Below are positions 46,311-58,782 of a stretch of DNA of 64,000 bases, piece by piece; position 1 is the first letter of the stretch, and every line of letters begins with the position of its first letter. The notes beneath the pieces were generated by a model. That model ran no database searches. It was not told the origin of the DNA and saw only the letters and a program-made list of their open reading frames with translations. Source of the stretch: Amoebophrya sp. A120. Lineage: Eukaryota; Protista; Dinoflagellata. A program made the position numbers and the translations under genes. The stretch is from NCBI GenBank assembly GCA_905178155.1, contig CAJINV010000001.1:13656664-13720663 (forward strand). The letters are read 5' to 3'.

Positions 46311-48664
46311 AACGCGAACAGAGCTGTGCGGATGGCAATAGGTAACAACGTATTCTTCAGCCTTTTCTCAGCAGGCATTTTTCTTTTGGCGATTTCTGGT
46401 ACAATGATTTGACATGAACTACATGATTTGATAGCGATTTTAACTTTTTACACGGTCGCGCTTAGAGCTCTTTGACCTACACGAAACTAAAACATCAAAT
46501 ACAACAACTTTGGAATATAACGCATTTCTATACGCTTACACGGCAGATATACTCGGATTTTTTTGTGGAACGTAAACATTCAATCACTTACAACATAACT
46601 TATGACGCTTGATTCGAAAAGACCAAGACGACACATTTTTTTTTTTTCATACGGAGAAATTCATACACGATGAGTTCTATCATGTCTACAGTTTTGCCGA
46701 CGCCCGCCCTGCGTACACCTTACATGATTTTGAGTTTATCATTAGCAACGATTATTCCATCTACGTACTTTGTCCTGATTGCATGGCTCAGTAAGTGGGT
46801 GGATCTTCGGTAAGCTAAAAGTTGACTTCTAACTTACCTTCTGTCCTGAGACACAGACGCCCGATCGTTTCAGTGGCAGCTGCTGTAGAGCGAGGATGAC
46901 CTGCTCCTCATTCGGACATAATGCTGACGCTGTGATAGTCGACATTTTGATGCGCACGTTAAATCAATATGTGTGCAAACTGTCGATGTTGAAATGAAAG
47001 ACACAGATGAGTGGCTTCATTGCTTTCCCACAGCTAAGTATGCCTGAATGGTAGTAGGGGTGAGACGAGTCTTCGGGCGTGTTCGAAGATACTAGTGAAC
47101 AGATTTTTTGCCTGTGCGAAAAACGCATTGGTGTCATGAGGACTGCACTGCGATGCGCGACGAACAGAAAAAACAAGGACGATCTCCACCTGACTAGGTA
47201 TCGGCTGCGCAAGGATGATCTCGCTACGCTCAAGCAAGAGAAAAAGATCCGCGGCGTTTTTGAAGTGGTGCTGACCTTACAACTCACACAACTTTCTTTT
47301 TTTTTTCCCTGCCATTATGGTCCATCATCTGAATTGTCTTTCTGGAATTCCATTCTCTCATGGCGACCATTTGAATCGTAAATGTATTGCATCTTGTCAA
47401 CATGGGTTCACTTTTACAGATTTTCCGTTCACGCGCTCTCCATTTATTAATTTTCCTCATCTGATGGACCTACCAGATTCGTGTCTTTCCTAACTTTTTT
47501 GTTGAACTCAGAAACCCAAGAAATAAATGTGTGCTTGATTCTGTAGCCGGAAAACGAAAAGAGCCATCGGTTTTCAAAGCTAGCACTAGCGAAACAGTTC
47601 CGCTCATCTCGTGAAAAAAATAGCCTCTCGCTGCCGTTACAGGGTGGTCGTCGTCATCGATCGGAGTCTTACTATTCCGAGCCCCACCACAAAACCTCGC
47701 CGAAGATGATGATGCCAGGGTATCAAGATTATGTGCTTACCTTTCCTCCGTGATTTATTAGCCGCCTGGCTGTCTATGCATGAAGATGTCGATGTGCTAA
47801 GTACCGTGCGCATGCTTTGATGGTTGTGCACGGGACCGAGTGTATTAAGACATTATTGATTTTCGTACAGGTTAGCTCGCCCGCCGCCGCGGGAGTACAT
47901 CCCGGCAAAGTGGAAAGCAGTGATTCGGGGCGTCGCTTTCGTGAGCACCGTTGCCTACATCTACACGTGCGGCGAAACTTTTGATCAGGCTTTCCCCGAG
48001 AATATGAAGTTCGCTTAGAAGAGACACGAGGAAAACTACACGAGTAAAAACAAGACCTTGTTGTGCTCCTGGGCTCTTCACGATCTGAGATTTGTTTTGA
48101 TCTTTTAGTACGATGAACAAGAAATAAGCGATCAGGAAAAAAATATCACCGAGGCAAAACGCAATTGGTGTCATACCCCGGTACTGGGTTCCGTTTTTCC
48201 GCGACAGATTATGAATAATGCGAGATCACTACAGCCGGTACCGGTTCGTGTAAGTTTTTTTTTCCTTCAAGGAAGCTATCATCGAGTTTTACACTGACAG
48301 CTCCTTCTATAGCCAAACGTCCGCGCACGATCACTTGGAGCAAAGAATTTCATTCCAAACTAAATTGAGCGCGCTTTCGATCTAAAAACGAACAAAATCT
48401 AAATCAGAAGCAAAGGAAGCTGATCAAAATTTGTCGAAAATTCAAACGAGAGTCTATACTTGGTTGATGATCTTCTTTCGAACTTCTTTTCACTTGAAAA
48501 CGTGTAAGGACAATGAATTTTGCAAAGTGCTCACAGCGACTGAAAAAGTAGAAATTTGCTACGAACAAGAACTGACTACAATCTACTTAACAATGTCTGC
48601 CCTCTCTACTTGCGAATTGAAAGTGGTGGTTCAGTAGATTTCTTGATCAAACATACAAAAAGTT

Positions 48665-51600
48665 ATGTCGCATGTAAAACGACAAGCCGTGCGCGCCTGC
48701 GCTTGGGTGGACTGGGACGAATGGCTGGAGGTGTATGAGGCATTGTTTGAAAAGCAAAACTCCATGAAAGCCATCGACAAAATCGCCGAGTGGCGGTTGC
48801 GCAAGAAGCTACCCGTATCCGTCTGCGCTACCGCAACTTTGTTGGAAGCGCAAAAGGCCGACGACCACTACTGTTTTGTCCCGAGAATTGCCGGCGTTGC
48901 GAGAGGGGGACCCCTTACTGAATCGTTGGCGACTACTAAGAACTACCCAATTGGAGCAAATAACCACGTAGGTGATGGCGCAAAGAGTCGCCCTCTTGAG
49001 AGCCGACACGAAACTTCGACTTCCGCAACGAAACTGCACGCCCGGCTTAAGACCAAAACTTCGATGGTGCCCCACAACGAACAAGGAGCCTCTGGACAGG
49101 ATGCCTCAAATCCGGCCTGTTCGTTCCTCCCGGCCGAGGACCGGAATTCGCACGGCATCCGGTCGTATCAAATGTAAAAATGTCTGGGTCTGGAAGATTG
49201 CAACTTGTCATGCTGTTTTTGGACTCTAAAAAATTTTGTATTGCATGACAAGCAAGAGGGGCACACTTTGTGCTACACGGACAGGGCATTTCTCATGCGG
49301 AAGGTGCATCAGGAAGGCCTCTAAAAGTCTGCGATGCTACATCATGCATTACAGGCTTCATGGGTCGTGAGAAATATGCATGACAAGTCTTCTTGCATTC
49401 CTCCAGACCCAGACATTTTTACAATCCATAGGTCGCTGTACAGCATGGCGATCGTTCGCCTGGTCAACGGCATCGCGGACAACAAGCAGACGGGCGAGAA
49501 GGCAAAATCAGTCTCGGCGTTGTGGGCGGAGGCCGGGTGGCCGGCCTGGATTGCGGACCTGCGGCACCAGGCGACGCACCAGGACTTGCCGGCCCTGAGT
49601 TTGCTGCGGTTGGCCTGTCACCAACTGCTGCAGCTGCTACGGGAGAAGTACTGGGATCCCCAGCGCGAACTCCTCGCAGAGGACGAAACTAGAAATAGCA
49701 ACAAAGCAGGAATAGTTCCCTCCCCTAAGCGAAGGAAGTTGACGTCGGGAGAAGCGGCGGCAAAAGGTGCGACGGATCTTCGAATCGTAAATGCACAGAG
49801 GAAGAAGAGCGAAAGCAAGAGCTCAGCGGAAATTATATCAAAACACGTTCATCTCGCAGACGGTGCTGTTGGAACACGTGGAGGATCGTCCCGCGAGATA
49901 AACGACCAAGGAAAAGAACAAGAGATGGACCACCACGCGGGAACCGGCACACGAAAGGTAGTTCTCGAGCAATTTCTCAAGGACGAACTGGATCGGGCCA
50001 AAGCTGAGATTAGTGCGACGGAGAAGCAAAATTTGAAGAAATTATCGGCTAAGAAGAAGCAGGACCAGCAGCAGCAGGCAAATAGGATGAAAGGGAACAA
50101 GAAGAAAAACGCAATCGCGAATTTTCCGTGCGACGAGACTGGGACAAATCTGCCTGCCGATGGAGATGTGAGCGGCGTGCACGAAGTAGACAACGCGTCG
50201 AATAATTTTGACGATGACCCAGATCGTTTAGCAATTGTCTTCACCCGCGAAAGTGTGAACATGGCCCGTGTGAAACGGTTGCGGGACTTTGCGGACGCCG
50301 ATGTGGAGCAGATTTTGTCCTCCCTTTTGAAGGAACGAAAGTACGCCCTGGGCGATCTGTTGCTCTTCGAATGGTTCGAGATTACCAGCTTGTCGCAAAG
50401 GACCAAGTTTTGCCAGCTCCTGCTCAAGGCCCTAAACGCCAGCTTCCGCATCAAGGCAGCCACAGTCGAAGCGGTGGACAAAGGGATGAATAAAGAACAA
50501 GCTTTTACTAAACCACAGCCCTCCTCCGGAGAAGATGTTGAACAAGAGTTTCAGGTGCGGGAACAAGATAGTATCAAACTCGAAACTGCGAGTCGCACGA
50601 CCAACCAGATTCTTTCCTGCGTCCGTCGCCTCTGCGCATCTTCCGTCAACTTTGAAGAAACTTGGACCGATGTGTGCCGCGCGCTCTTGTTCACGGAAGA
50701 TCTGGCGCTGGAAACAGTTGAGGCGATTGTTGGGCAGTACGAAGACAAGGAGGAAAACGTCTACGGAAACGAGCATCCAAACTTGTTGAAAAAGGCCGAT
50801 TTTCTTCTGGACAACTACTCGCAGCAAGTTGCGGACTGTATCAACAAAGGAGAGGAAGAAGATTTTCGATTTCGAGACTCCGACACGCATAGTACACATT
50901 TCGAATTCATCGATGAAGAGGAAGAGGAATTTGCCTTGGAGCAAATGACTCGGGCATTGGTGGAGCGCGAGAACAAGAGAAAGAGCAGCATGAAACGAGC
51001 GAGTGGTCTGCAACTCGACGGTGGCGATATAATTGACGAGGACTGCGAAATAGAAGCGAATCTACTTCCCAACGACGTCGAAAAGCTACGATCTGCAAAC
51101 AGGCGGACAATCCGGCTAGACGAAGATTTCGTGTGGGCACCAGTGGGCACGCAATTCCGTGATTACTTGACGGCACCGGAAGAAGTGGAGGAAAATGCAT
51201 GCGTTCCTGGAACAAAGAAGACGCAGGAGAACGAGTGCGACAGGAACGGCGGGACGAGCTTTTCGTGCCTCGACCACGGATTGACAGACCGCCCGCCACA
51301 CGAGATGATCCAGGGCCGCAATTTGGTCGAGTACCACGGGAAGAAAACGCGCAAAATATCAAGAGGAAAAATCCCCCCTCCCCACATCGAAAAGTTATGT
51401 CTCCGAAAATTTGTATTGCTGATTTGAGACCACAAATCACGTCTGTCTTGCAACAAGGCAACTCCACAAGCTCCGCAGCATTGTGCAGGCGGTTTGTGAT
51501 GCCAGTGGGCCTACAGCATGGACGTTCCTCATTCTCGACGCCTAGGCCAAAACCTCTCTACTTAGGCTCAGTATGGGCCTGCATTCATTCTTCTCCAGCA

Positions 51601-52030
51601 AGAGAAATCTGATTTGTGTACGCAAATCCTGCATAAGAAGCTTCGTTTTGATGTGGGGAGGGGGGATTTTTCCTTTTCATACAAAATCGACCGGTACGAA
51701 AAGCTTTTCGAGGATTCTTCCGACGAAGAAAGAAAGAAAAGAAGGACAAGGCGAAAGAACATGGATCTTCACAATGGAAATATCAAAGTAGGGGACCACG
51801 ACGTCGACGAAGAAACCGATATCATCTTCGACACGCCCACGGATATCGTGGAAGAAGAAATTCGCGCGGAGCGGGAGCAGCGGCTGGTCGGAGACAAGGA
51901 TCTCGCGTTTTACGCCTGGTTCCAGCAACTAGAGGTCGTGCCAGATGCGGAAAACAAAGATGTTGACGAAGGGGAGCAGGAGCAGCCCGGAGATGAAGCG
52001 AGTGCAGAGAACGTAGCCCTGTTTCTTTGA
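48665..52030 (+). CDS. LAS1: Las1-like HEPN endoribonuclease (pre-rRNA ITS2 processing); exons 48665-49165, 49436-51356, 51687-52030
   Basis: AW.DWDEW..V..LF, W..R.KLP.SV.ATA.L, RSLYSMAIVRLVNG (reconstituted across the first element) and the HEPN motif WIADLRHQATH. Confidence 0.88.
49166..49430. mobile_element. introner-like element, family A
   Basis: TIR TATCAAATGTAAAAATGTCTGGGTCTGGA; perfect DR GGTCG (49161-49165, 49431-49435). Confidence 0.95.
51357..51681. mobile_element. introner-like element, family B
   Basis: TIR TATCAAGAGGAAAAATCCCCCCTCCCCACATC / GATGTGGGGAGGGGGGATTTTTCCTTTTCATA; perfect DR CAAAA. Confidence 0.94.
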
Positions 52031-53009
52031 CGTGATCAATAAACGAGTATCTGCTATAACAGAACGAAGTGCTTGGGGCAAAGTTAAAGACCACGAGCAG
52101 CTTTCGAGTTGAGTAAGTGCCAGTGCTTGCAGCTAATCCGGAACATTCACCGCGGCCGAACATGCAAAGTGAAAAAGTGACTTCCAAATGTGTTTATTGC
52201 GACCTCTTGTTGAATCTATTTGCGCGACTGACTTTTTATCCTCTATGATTGAAAAGCACTGCCCGATAGAACGTCGTTGACGTTGGTATTTCATGCAGTT
52301 TGCGACACCGTAGTGCGGCCCCTTGTTCGAAGAAGCGTGTCAGTAGAACTGAAAACGAAAATCCACATCGGTTGCTGAGAACAGAAATAATGCAAAATGG
52401 CGGCACTACATAAAAGAAGTATCTGTTGACTTTTTTTGACAAAAACAGTAAGGAAGGTCGGTTACGTACGTACTTCTATAATTCTGAACCTTTAGAGCGT
52501 TTCGTTGCATTACGTTCGTAGCGTCCTTAAGCCTCGGTCGTCCTGAGTTGAAGAAAAGCAATGATGTTCGGTCTCCGTCCGTGTTTATTTATCAGCGTGA
52601 GCCTACTTAAAGTTAAAGTGCAAGAAACATTAGATACCAGCCCCTTGCGAAGCTGCTTTGCCTTCTACGTACGCAGCATATGCTGGTTGCTAAGTAGTAC
52701 GGCATTCCTTGGAGTTATGATTGTGAGGTAGCGCTGTCAACACCCACGGTGCTCTCGTGTGTCTTCAATATCTCAAAAAATGTACTCTCTTCCCGGAAAA
52801 CTTTCTATGCACACAGGTTGTCGCGAAACCCCCACTAAGTTCCCGTGACTATAGTGAGGGAGCGACATTTTGATTTTCCCTACCCAAGAAACACATTTTC
52901 CGTCCAGTTGGACCATTTTGGAAAATAAAACCCCTTCCTTTCGTTCTTTCATCGCGGCTCAGTACGCTTACATTTTTTGCTACCTTTTTTCTTGTCTAGC
53001 TGAAAAGTC

Positions 53010-56000
53010 ATGGACGCGATTTTACCATTCACGCCGGCAGATGACTGCACGCCGATACAATTGGTGGTGGTCACCTGCATTTACGGTGGAGTGCTTTTCT
53101 CAGCGGCCGGAATGATCGGAGATGGGTACTTTGCTTCTTGGAATGATTTGCTTTCGCGATGAAACAAAATTGAAATTGCCGTCCCGAAAAGTAAAGGTTT
53201 TCTTGCCTGATGTAGTTCGTCTTCGTTTTCTGATGCTCTACTGAAGGTAAAGTAGGGGCTACTTTCGTCGAGACGTATAAGTAGATACGGAAAAAAAATC
53301 ATCGTGACTCTGAGCAAGAATTTGGTTAATTTTATCAAAATAAACATACAGATCTGAGCTCCTGCTGCTGGTGCCGGCCTACGCGGACTTGGTCGGTTCG
53401 GTGGTTCTCCCCGTGCTGGGCGCCGTTCCTGACGGGATGATGGTGCTGTTTTCCGGGTTAGGCCCCCGGCTGGACGCGCAGGATCAGGTTAGCGTCGGGG
53501 TGGGTGCCCTGGCCGGATCCACCATTATGCTGTTGACCATGGCCTGGTTTTGCGGGGCCTGGGGCGGCCGGGTGTCCATTGACGCGAACGGGCAGCCCAA
53601 GTACACAGCTCCAAAACTCGACCCGCCAGAGTCCTCCTCCATGAACGGCACGGGGTACAAGGTCGGACCCAAAATCCGGAAGAACGCCATCGTATTGTTT
53701 ACTGTGTTTTTCTCCTGCGTGTTTTTTGATGTACTGCCTTCTTCGCGTTCTACTTCTAAATTGATTCTATCTTCTTGCCAATGCTAGGTGCTGATAAATG
53801 CGAGTAGATGAAAGATTTTCATTTTTCAGCAGGGTTTAACCCGAAATAAACGTATGTTACTAAATTCAGGTGATGATCATCACCTGCATTTTGTACGGGT
53901 TCGTGCAAATTCCGGCCCTGATGGTTCCGTCCGATGCGGAGCTGGCCGAGGAAGCCAAGGCAAAGGGCAGCACCGTGTTCGATTTGAAGTCGGACTTCAT
54001 CAACAAGGAGGCCATGATTGGTCTCGGCGCCTGCGTCGTCTGCTTCTTCGCCTACCTGTACCTGCAAACCATCAAGGACGAGGACTCGGCGAAATCCGAC
54101 GGCGACAAGCTGGCCAACCTGCGCTACGAGTCGATCAAGAACGGAAAAGTTACCCTCCGCGGCGCCATGGAGGGCGTGATCAAGGAGAGTGGCAAGGGCA
54201 AGGACGCGAACCTGCTCGAGATCACGGAGGGGGAGAAGGGCGAGGTGAAGCGCGTGCTGAAGCCCTTTTTCACCTACTACGACGCGGACAGGTCCGGCAG
54301 CATCAACCGCATCGAATTCTCCAAACTCATGTCGGACCTGCGCGAGCCACTAGACACCTATCAAATGTAAAAATGTCTGGGTCTGGAAGATTGCCGGGTT
54401 TGTCATGCACATTTCGCATGACTCCTCAAGTCTGTGATGCATGCCCTAGCATCACAGATTTTTAGAGGGCTTCCTGATGCCTATTCCGCATGACAAATGC
54501 TCTTTCCGTGCTGCAAAATTTGGACTCTCTTTGCTGCTCATGCAATACAGATTTTTTTAGAATCCAAAATCAGCATGACCAGTTGGATTCTTCCAGACCC
54601 AGACATTTTTGCATTTTATAACACCGACGCGGAAACGAATCTGTTTAAGATGGCGGACGTGGATAACAGCGGCATGATCGAATTCAACGAGTTCGTCTCG
54701 CTCATGATCAAATACTTGAAGGGCGGCTTCGCCGGCACAACCAAGCGCGCCATGCAGAGCGAGGTAAAGTTTCTGCCGCATTCATTTTGCCGCATTTCAA
54801 TTTTTGCTCCTGCGGCACTTTTCTGCATAGAAGGAAGTTTTTTACTGTTTCAGCTGGATGGTGGAGGAGGTTCTATGATCTCTCTGCGAGGTCGTGGTTT
54901 TTAGTAAAAATCAATCCGATTTCTTCTTGGTAGTACCTTCATATGAGCAGTCGTTCTTATCACAACTACTTCCACAGAAAAAATCGCCTGCACTTTTCTC
55001 ATCGCAGGTAGCGAAGGTTGAGCGTGTCCTGACCGCGCAGGCGACGCCACGCGAAGCGGAGGAGGGCGACGAGGATGACGAGGAGGAGGAGGAAGAGATG
55101 CCCGAGGACCTGCAGGGCCTTACGCCCGAGCAGCAACAGCGGGCGTTGGTGATGCGGTCGTGCTGGCAGATGGGCATAGGGACGGTGCTGGTCTTGGTCT
55201 TTTCCGACCCCGCGGTGGATGTGCTCAACGAAATCGGAAAGCGCACGGGCATCCCAGCCTTCTACGTTTCCTTCGTGCTCGCTCCCTTCGCCTCCAACGC
55301 CAGTGAGTTGGTCGCCACCTACAAATACGGCTCCAAAAATATTCTGAGGAAAAATCCCCCCTCCCCATATCGAAAAGGTATGTTTCCGAAAATCTGCGTT
55401 GCTGATTTGAGGTGACAAATCACGTCTGTCTTGCAAGAAGACAAGCGCAGAGGCTTCCGCACCATTATGGAAGCGATTTGGCATGCTGTTGCGCCTAGGG
55501 GACACCCGTTTGCAGTGCTAAGCAACTAGACCCATACGCCCCTACCTAGGCCGAGGATCTGGCTGCGATGCCTTACTGCAAGACAAATCCGATTTGTGGA
55601 CCCAAATCCTGCATCACAGACTTCCCATTTGATATGGGGCGAGGGGATTTTTCCTTTTGATAAAAAAGACAGTGTCGAGCATGACCATCTCCCTCTCGAC
55701 CCTGCTCGGCGCGGCATGTAAAATTTTGTTTCATACTTTGGAATTTTTATTTGTTGATGTCTGTTTTTGTTTGTCATTGACATTGTCTTTGTCATGTTTT
55801 ATGTGTGTGCTTTGATTTTCAGCGGGACCGGGAGAAATGAAGCGAAATTTCTCTATACAACGATGATCTATCAGGTATGAACAACACTTTCTGTCTGGCG
55901 ATTTTCTACGCTCTTGTGTGGCTGCAGCGGCTTTGCTGGACTTTCACTGCGGAGGTGGCCGTGATTGTGCTGGTCCAAATCCTGGTGGGCATCATCGCAA

Positions 56001-56104
56001 TGAAGTCCGTCATGCGACTGCGGGACGCCTACATCATTCTGTCGCTGTACCCACTCAGTCTGGTGTTCGTGTGGGTCTGCAACAACATCTTCAACATTCC
56101 GTAA
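53010..56104 (+). CDS. NCL/EF-CAX type Na+/Ca2+ exchanger with EF-hands; exons 53010-53125, 53352-53691, 53870-54358, 54626-54763, 55008-55339, 55668-55717, 55875-56104
   Basis: GSELLL..GSVVLPVLGAVPDG, VGVGALAGST, EF-hands DADRSGSINRIE and DVDNSGMIEFNE, FSDPAVD, LAPFASNASE and GAACMNNT. Four GT-AG introns and two TIR elements all join in frame. Confidence 0.92.
54359..54620. mobile_element. introner-like element, family A (opposite orientation to the 49166 copy)
   Basis: Same TIR as the 49166 element; perfect DR ACACC; sits between the two EF-hands. Confidence 0.95.
55340..55662. mobile_element. introner-like element, family B
   Basis: TIR TATTCTGAGGAAAAATCCCCCCTCCCCATATC; DR AAAAA; internal sequence colinear with 51357-51681. 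Confidence 0.93.
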
Positions 56105-57121
56105 GCGGGAGGAGCAAGTTGAAGTAAATTTTTCATCACCGCGCGACTTTTTTTGATCTACGACCACCCGACACAGCCGTTGGCGCTTCCACTTCGAGCA
56201 GAGACAAGACACGGATGGTTATCAGTCATTTTTTTCCACTCTTAGAGTAAGAGAAAACACGAGATGGTGCAGCTTTGAGAATACAGGTATCTATGTTCTC
56301 TGGTCTCGTGGTCCTGCGGATTGCAATACTTCATCGCTAAGGTGGAAGTAGGCTGAAGTCGAAGTTAGTAGGAGAACCCCCGCCCAAGAACGTCCCGTCG
56401 CGCGTTTTTTCATAAAGCCACAAGTATCACCCTAAATGAGTACACTACGTTCGTCAACACGCATCACGTGGCTACTTTTTTTATCTCCAAAGAAGCTCGT
56501 GCTCGTCTTTTTACCTTATTGCGCTCCTACGTTCACTAAACTTTACGCATTGATTACGCATAGAAAAATTATGTCGCTATATATGCTAATACTCAGCGCT
56601 ACAAAATATCAATATCGCGGAGTTTCCGGGCCATTTATCCGGTTCTGGGCGACGCGAAAACGGAATGCAAATGTGAATATTATACTTAATCCGTAGAAAA
56701 TAACAAAAGCGCAAAAATAAATTTTGGTGCAGTTCCAAATAGTAGTCTGGAGCTGTGAAAAGAATAAAAGAAACAAAGCGGAGCTTTTGCGCATGTACTG
56801 GATATCGGGCTCGGTGGCCGTGGACCTGTTTGTTCGCTGAAAAACATCGCACGCGTAGGTCGCTGTTTTAGCTTCAGTTTTTTTTCTTTTCGCCGGCTGG
56901 TTGAGGATCGCAATCGTAAGTACACTGACTTCGTCAGGCGTTCGAGAGATCTGCACACCGAACGACTTCGCAGCGCATCGGCTCAAATCTATCGTCTGTC
57001 GCCTGTGTCAGTTGCTCAATAAAAAATGGTGGACTCAGATTTTAGATAGTTGTTTGAAAGAACTTCTGAGTTGGTCGTCGTGTCTGAGCCTCGAACTTCC
57101 TTATTTCGTTTCAATGTAAAA

Positions 57122-57847
57122 ATGATGATGGCAGTGGCTGGAATCGCAAATCTTGTTCGACGCCGCACAGGCGCAGTTGTGCTGCTGGTCTTCTTCGCGG
57201 GCGCCCCGCGACTTACATACGGCCGCAAGCGGATGCTGCGGTCTGAGCCGCGTCCTCCCCCGACTGAGGCGCTCTTGGATGCGCAGGGCGAACTAGACGA
57301 GGAAGCGGAACGGTTCATACAGGCGAACGCAGCAACACCCGGCGAGAGCGGACGGGAGAAACTGAAACAGAGATCTGATGAAGACACCGCTTCTTCGAGT
57401 GAATTGTATCTGCCCGATGGAGCGATGTCTCCAGAAGCAGCAGCATTCAACCCCTGGACTCCGACAACTTTTCTGGGAAATAAAGCCGGTGCAGCTGGTG
57501 ATCATGAAACAAGCACGAGTGCTGGCGAAGCTGATTTGTTGACGGACGGGTCTACTTCTGTCGACAAGCTTTTGTTTCACGGGGCGGAAGCCCTGTCGAC
57601 CACCATTTCTTCCTTTACGTCGCTAGACGGGGCGAGTCGCACCCCATTCTGGTTACTGTCAGTCGCTTTGTTTCTGTTTGGTACGCTGACGTGGCGGCAC
57701 CAGAAAGTCGGGACGACAACGGGTGGCTCGGTCGAGGAAGCCGGAGTGAAAGGGGGTGTCGATAAGAGCCTCTCGTCGTCGTGTTGTTCCACGGATGTGT
57801 CGTTGGAGCAGTTGGAAGGTACTAAATGTCACTTCAATACGTGCTAA
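57122..57847 (+). CDS. hypothetical protein with an N-terminal hydrophobic segment and one TM; 3' end may be spliced
   Basis: ORF of 240+ codons with GAVVLLVFFAG and FWLLSVALFLFGTL; no family recognised. Confidence 0.5.
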   Translation: MMMAVAGIANLVRRRTGAVVLLVFFAGAPRLTYGRKRMLRSEPRPPPTEALLDAQGELDEEAERFIQANAATPGESGREKLKQRSDEDTASSSELYLPDGAMSPEAAAFNPWTPTTFLGNKAGAAGDHETSTSAGEADLLTDGSTSVDKLLFHGAEALSTTISSFTSLDGASRTPFWLLSVALFLFGTLTWRHQKVGTTTGGSVEEAGVKGGVDKSLSSSCCSTDVSLEQLEGTKCHFNTC

Positions 57848-58782
57848 AACTGATGCTATCATCCATTTCGACTTGGTCCTTTTTCTACGTGTAGAAGTAG
57901 ATCGCCATGTGAACAACTAGAGGACTGGTGGTGACAGTTTGTGACATTGATAGGTCGTGGCCTCGTTCGCTTTTAACCAGTTAAGTTCGAGAAACAAATA
58001 TCAATATGACGCAGTTCTGCACGCAAGCGGGAACATTGTTGCGGAAGATGTCTCGACCATGTCCTTTCTCGAGGAAGAGGAACCGTACGACATTTCATTC
58101 CAGCCGCTGACGAAACCGGGAGTGGTTACGGGCTCGCTGAAGGGTGCGGATGCGGAGCCTGGAAATTGAAAATGTTGCTAAGGATCTCTGATATTCGAGG
58201 GAGAGGGTCGTGCTAGAAAAGATCCGTTTCAGTTTTGACTTTTTACGGAAGACTGCGAAGAAGTATGCTTGTACCAAAAACTGCGAACAAACAAACGTGA
58301 AAAAATTGTTGATTGAGTAGGCAGCTCAGAAAGTACGTACATTGAATTGATGACAACTACCTTGTATCCACTTAGTTACACCCAATTTTCCTAGAAATGA
58401 TTTTTTCTGCTTTGTACAAGAAGGACAAGTAATGACCAGAATTTCGAGAATAAAGCTATCACTTGGAACAAGTATAATCACTGCAAGCAAAGGTCGCACA
58501 ACCGCACAAGTCAAGCGACCATGCAGATTGCATCAAGTACGGATTTTTCTCGGGTATCCTGTTCAGCTTACCACTCTTGAGGCGAAATGGTAAGAACCGA
58601 ATATCACGGACCGTCTCTGAGGTGGCATTGGATTTCAGTTCTTCTCTTCCATGTTGTAAACGTTTCTGGGCTTGTGCTTGTCGTCCGTTGTGTAGTTTTC
58701 CAAAAATGAGCAGAACAATAGTAAGCGAGAGGACACAGGGCACTTCTACTACCAATAGCTGCTTGTTGTACCATTGAACAAA

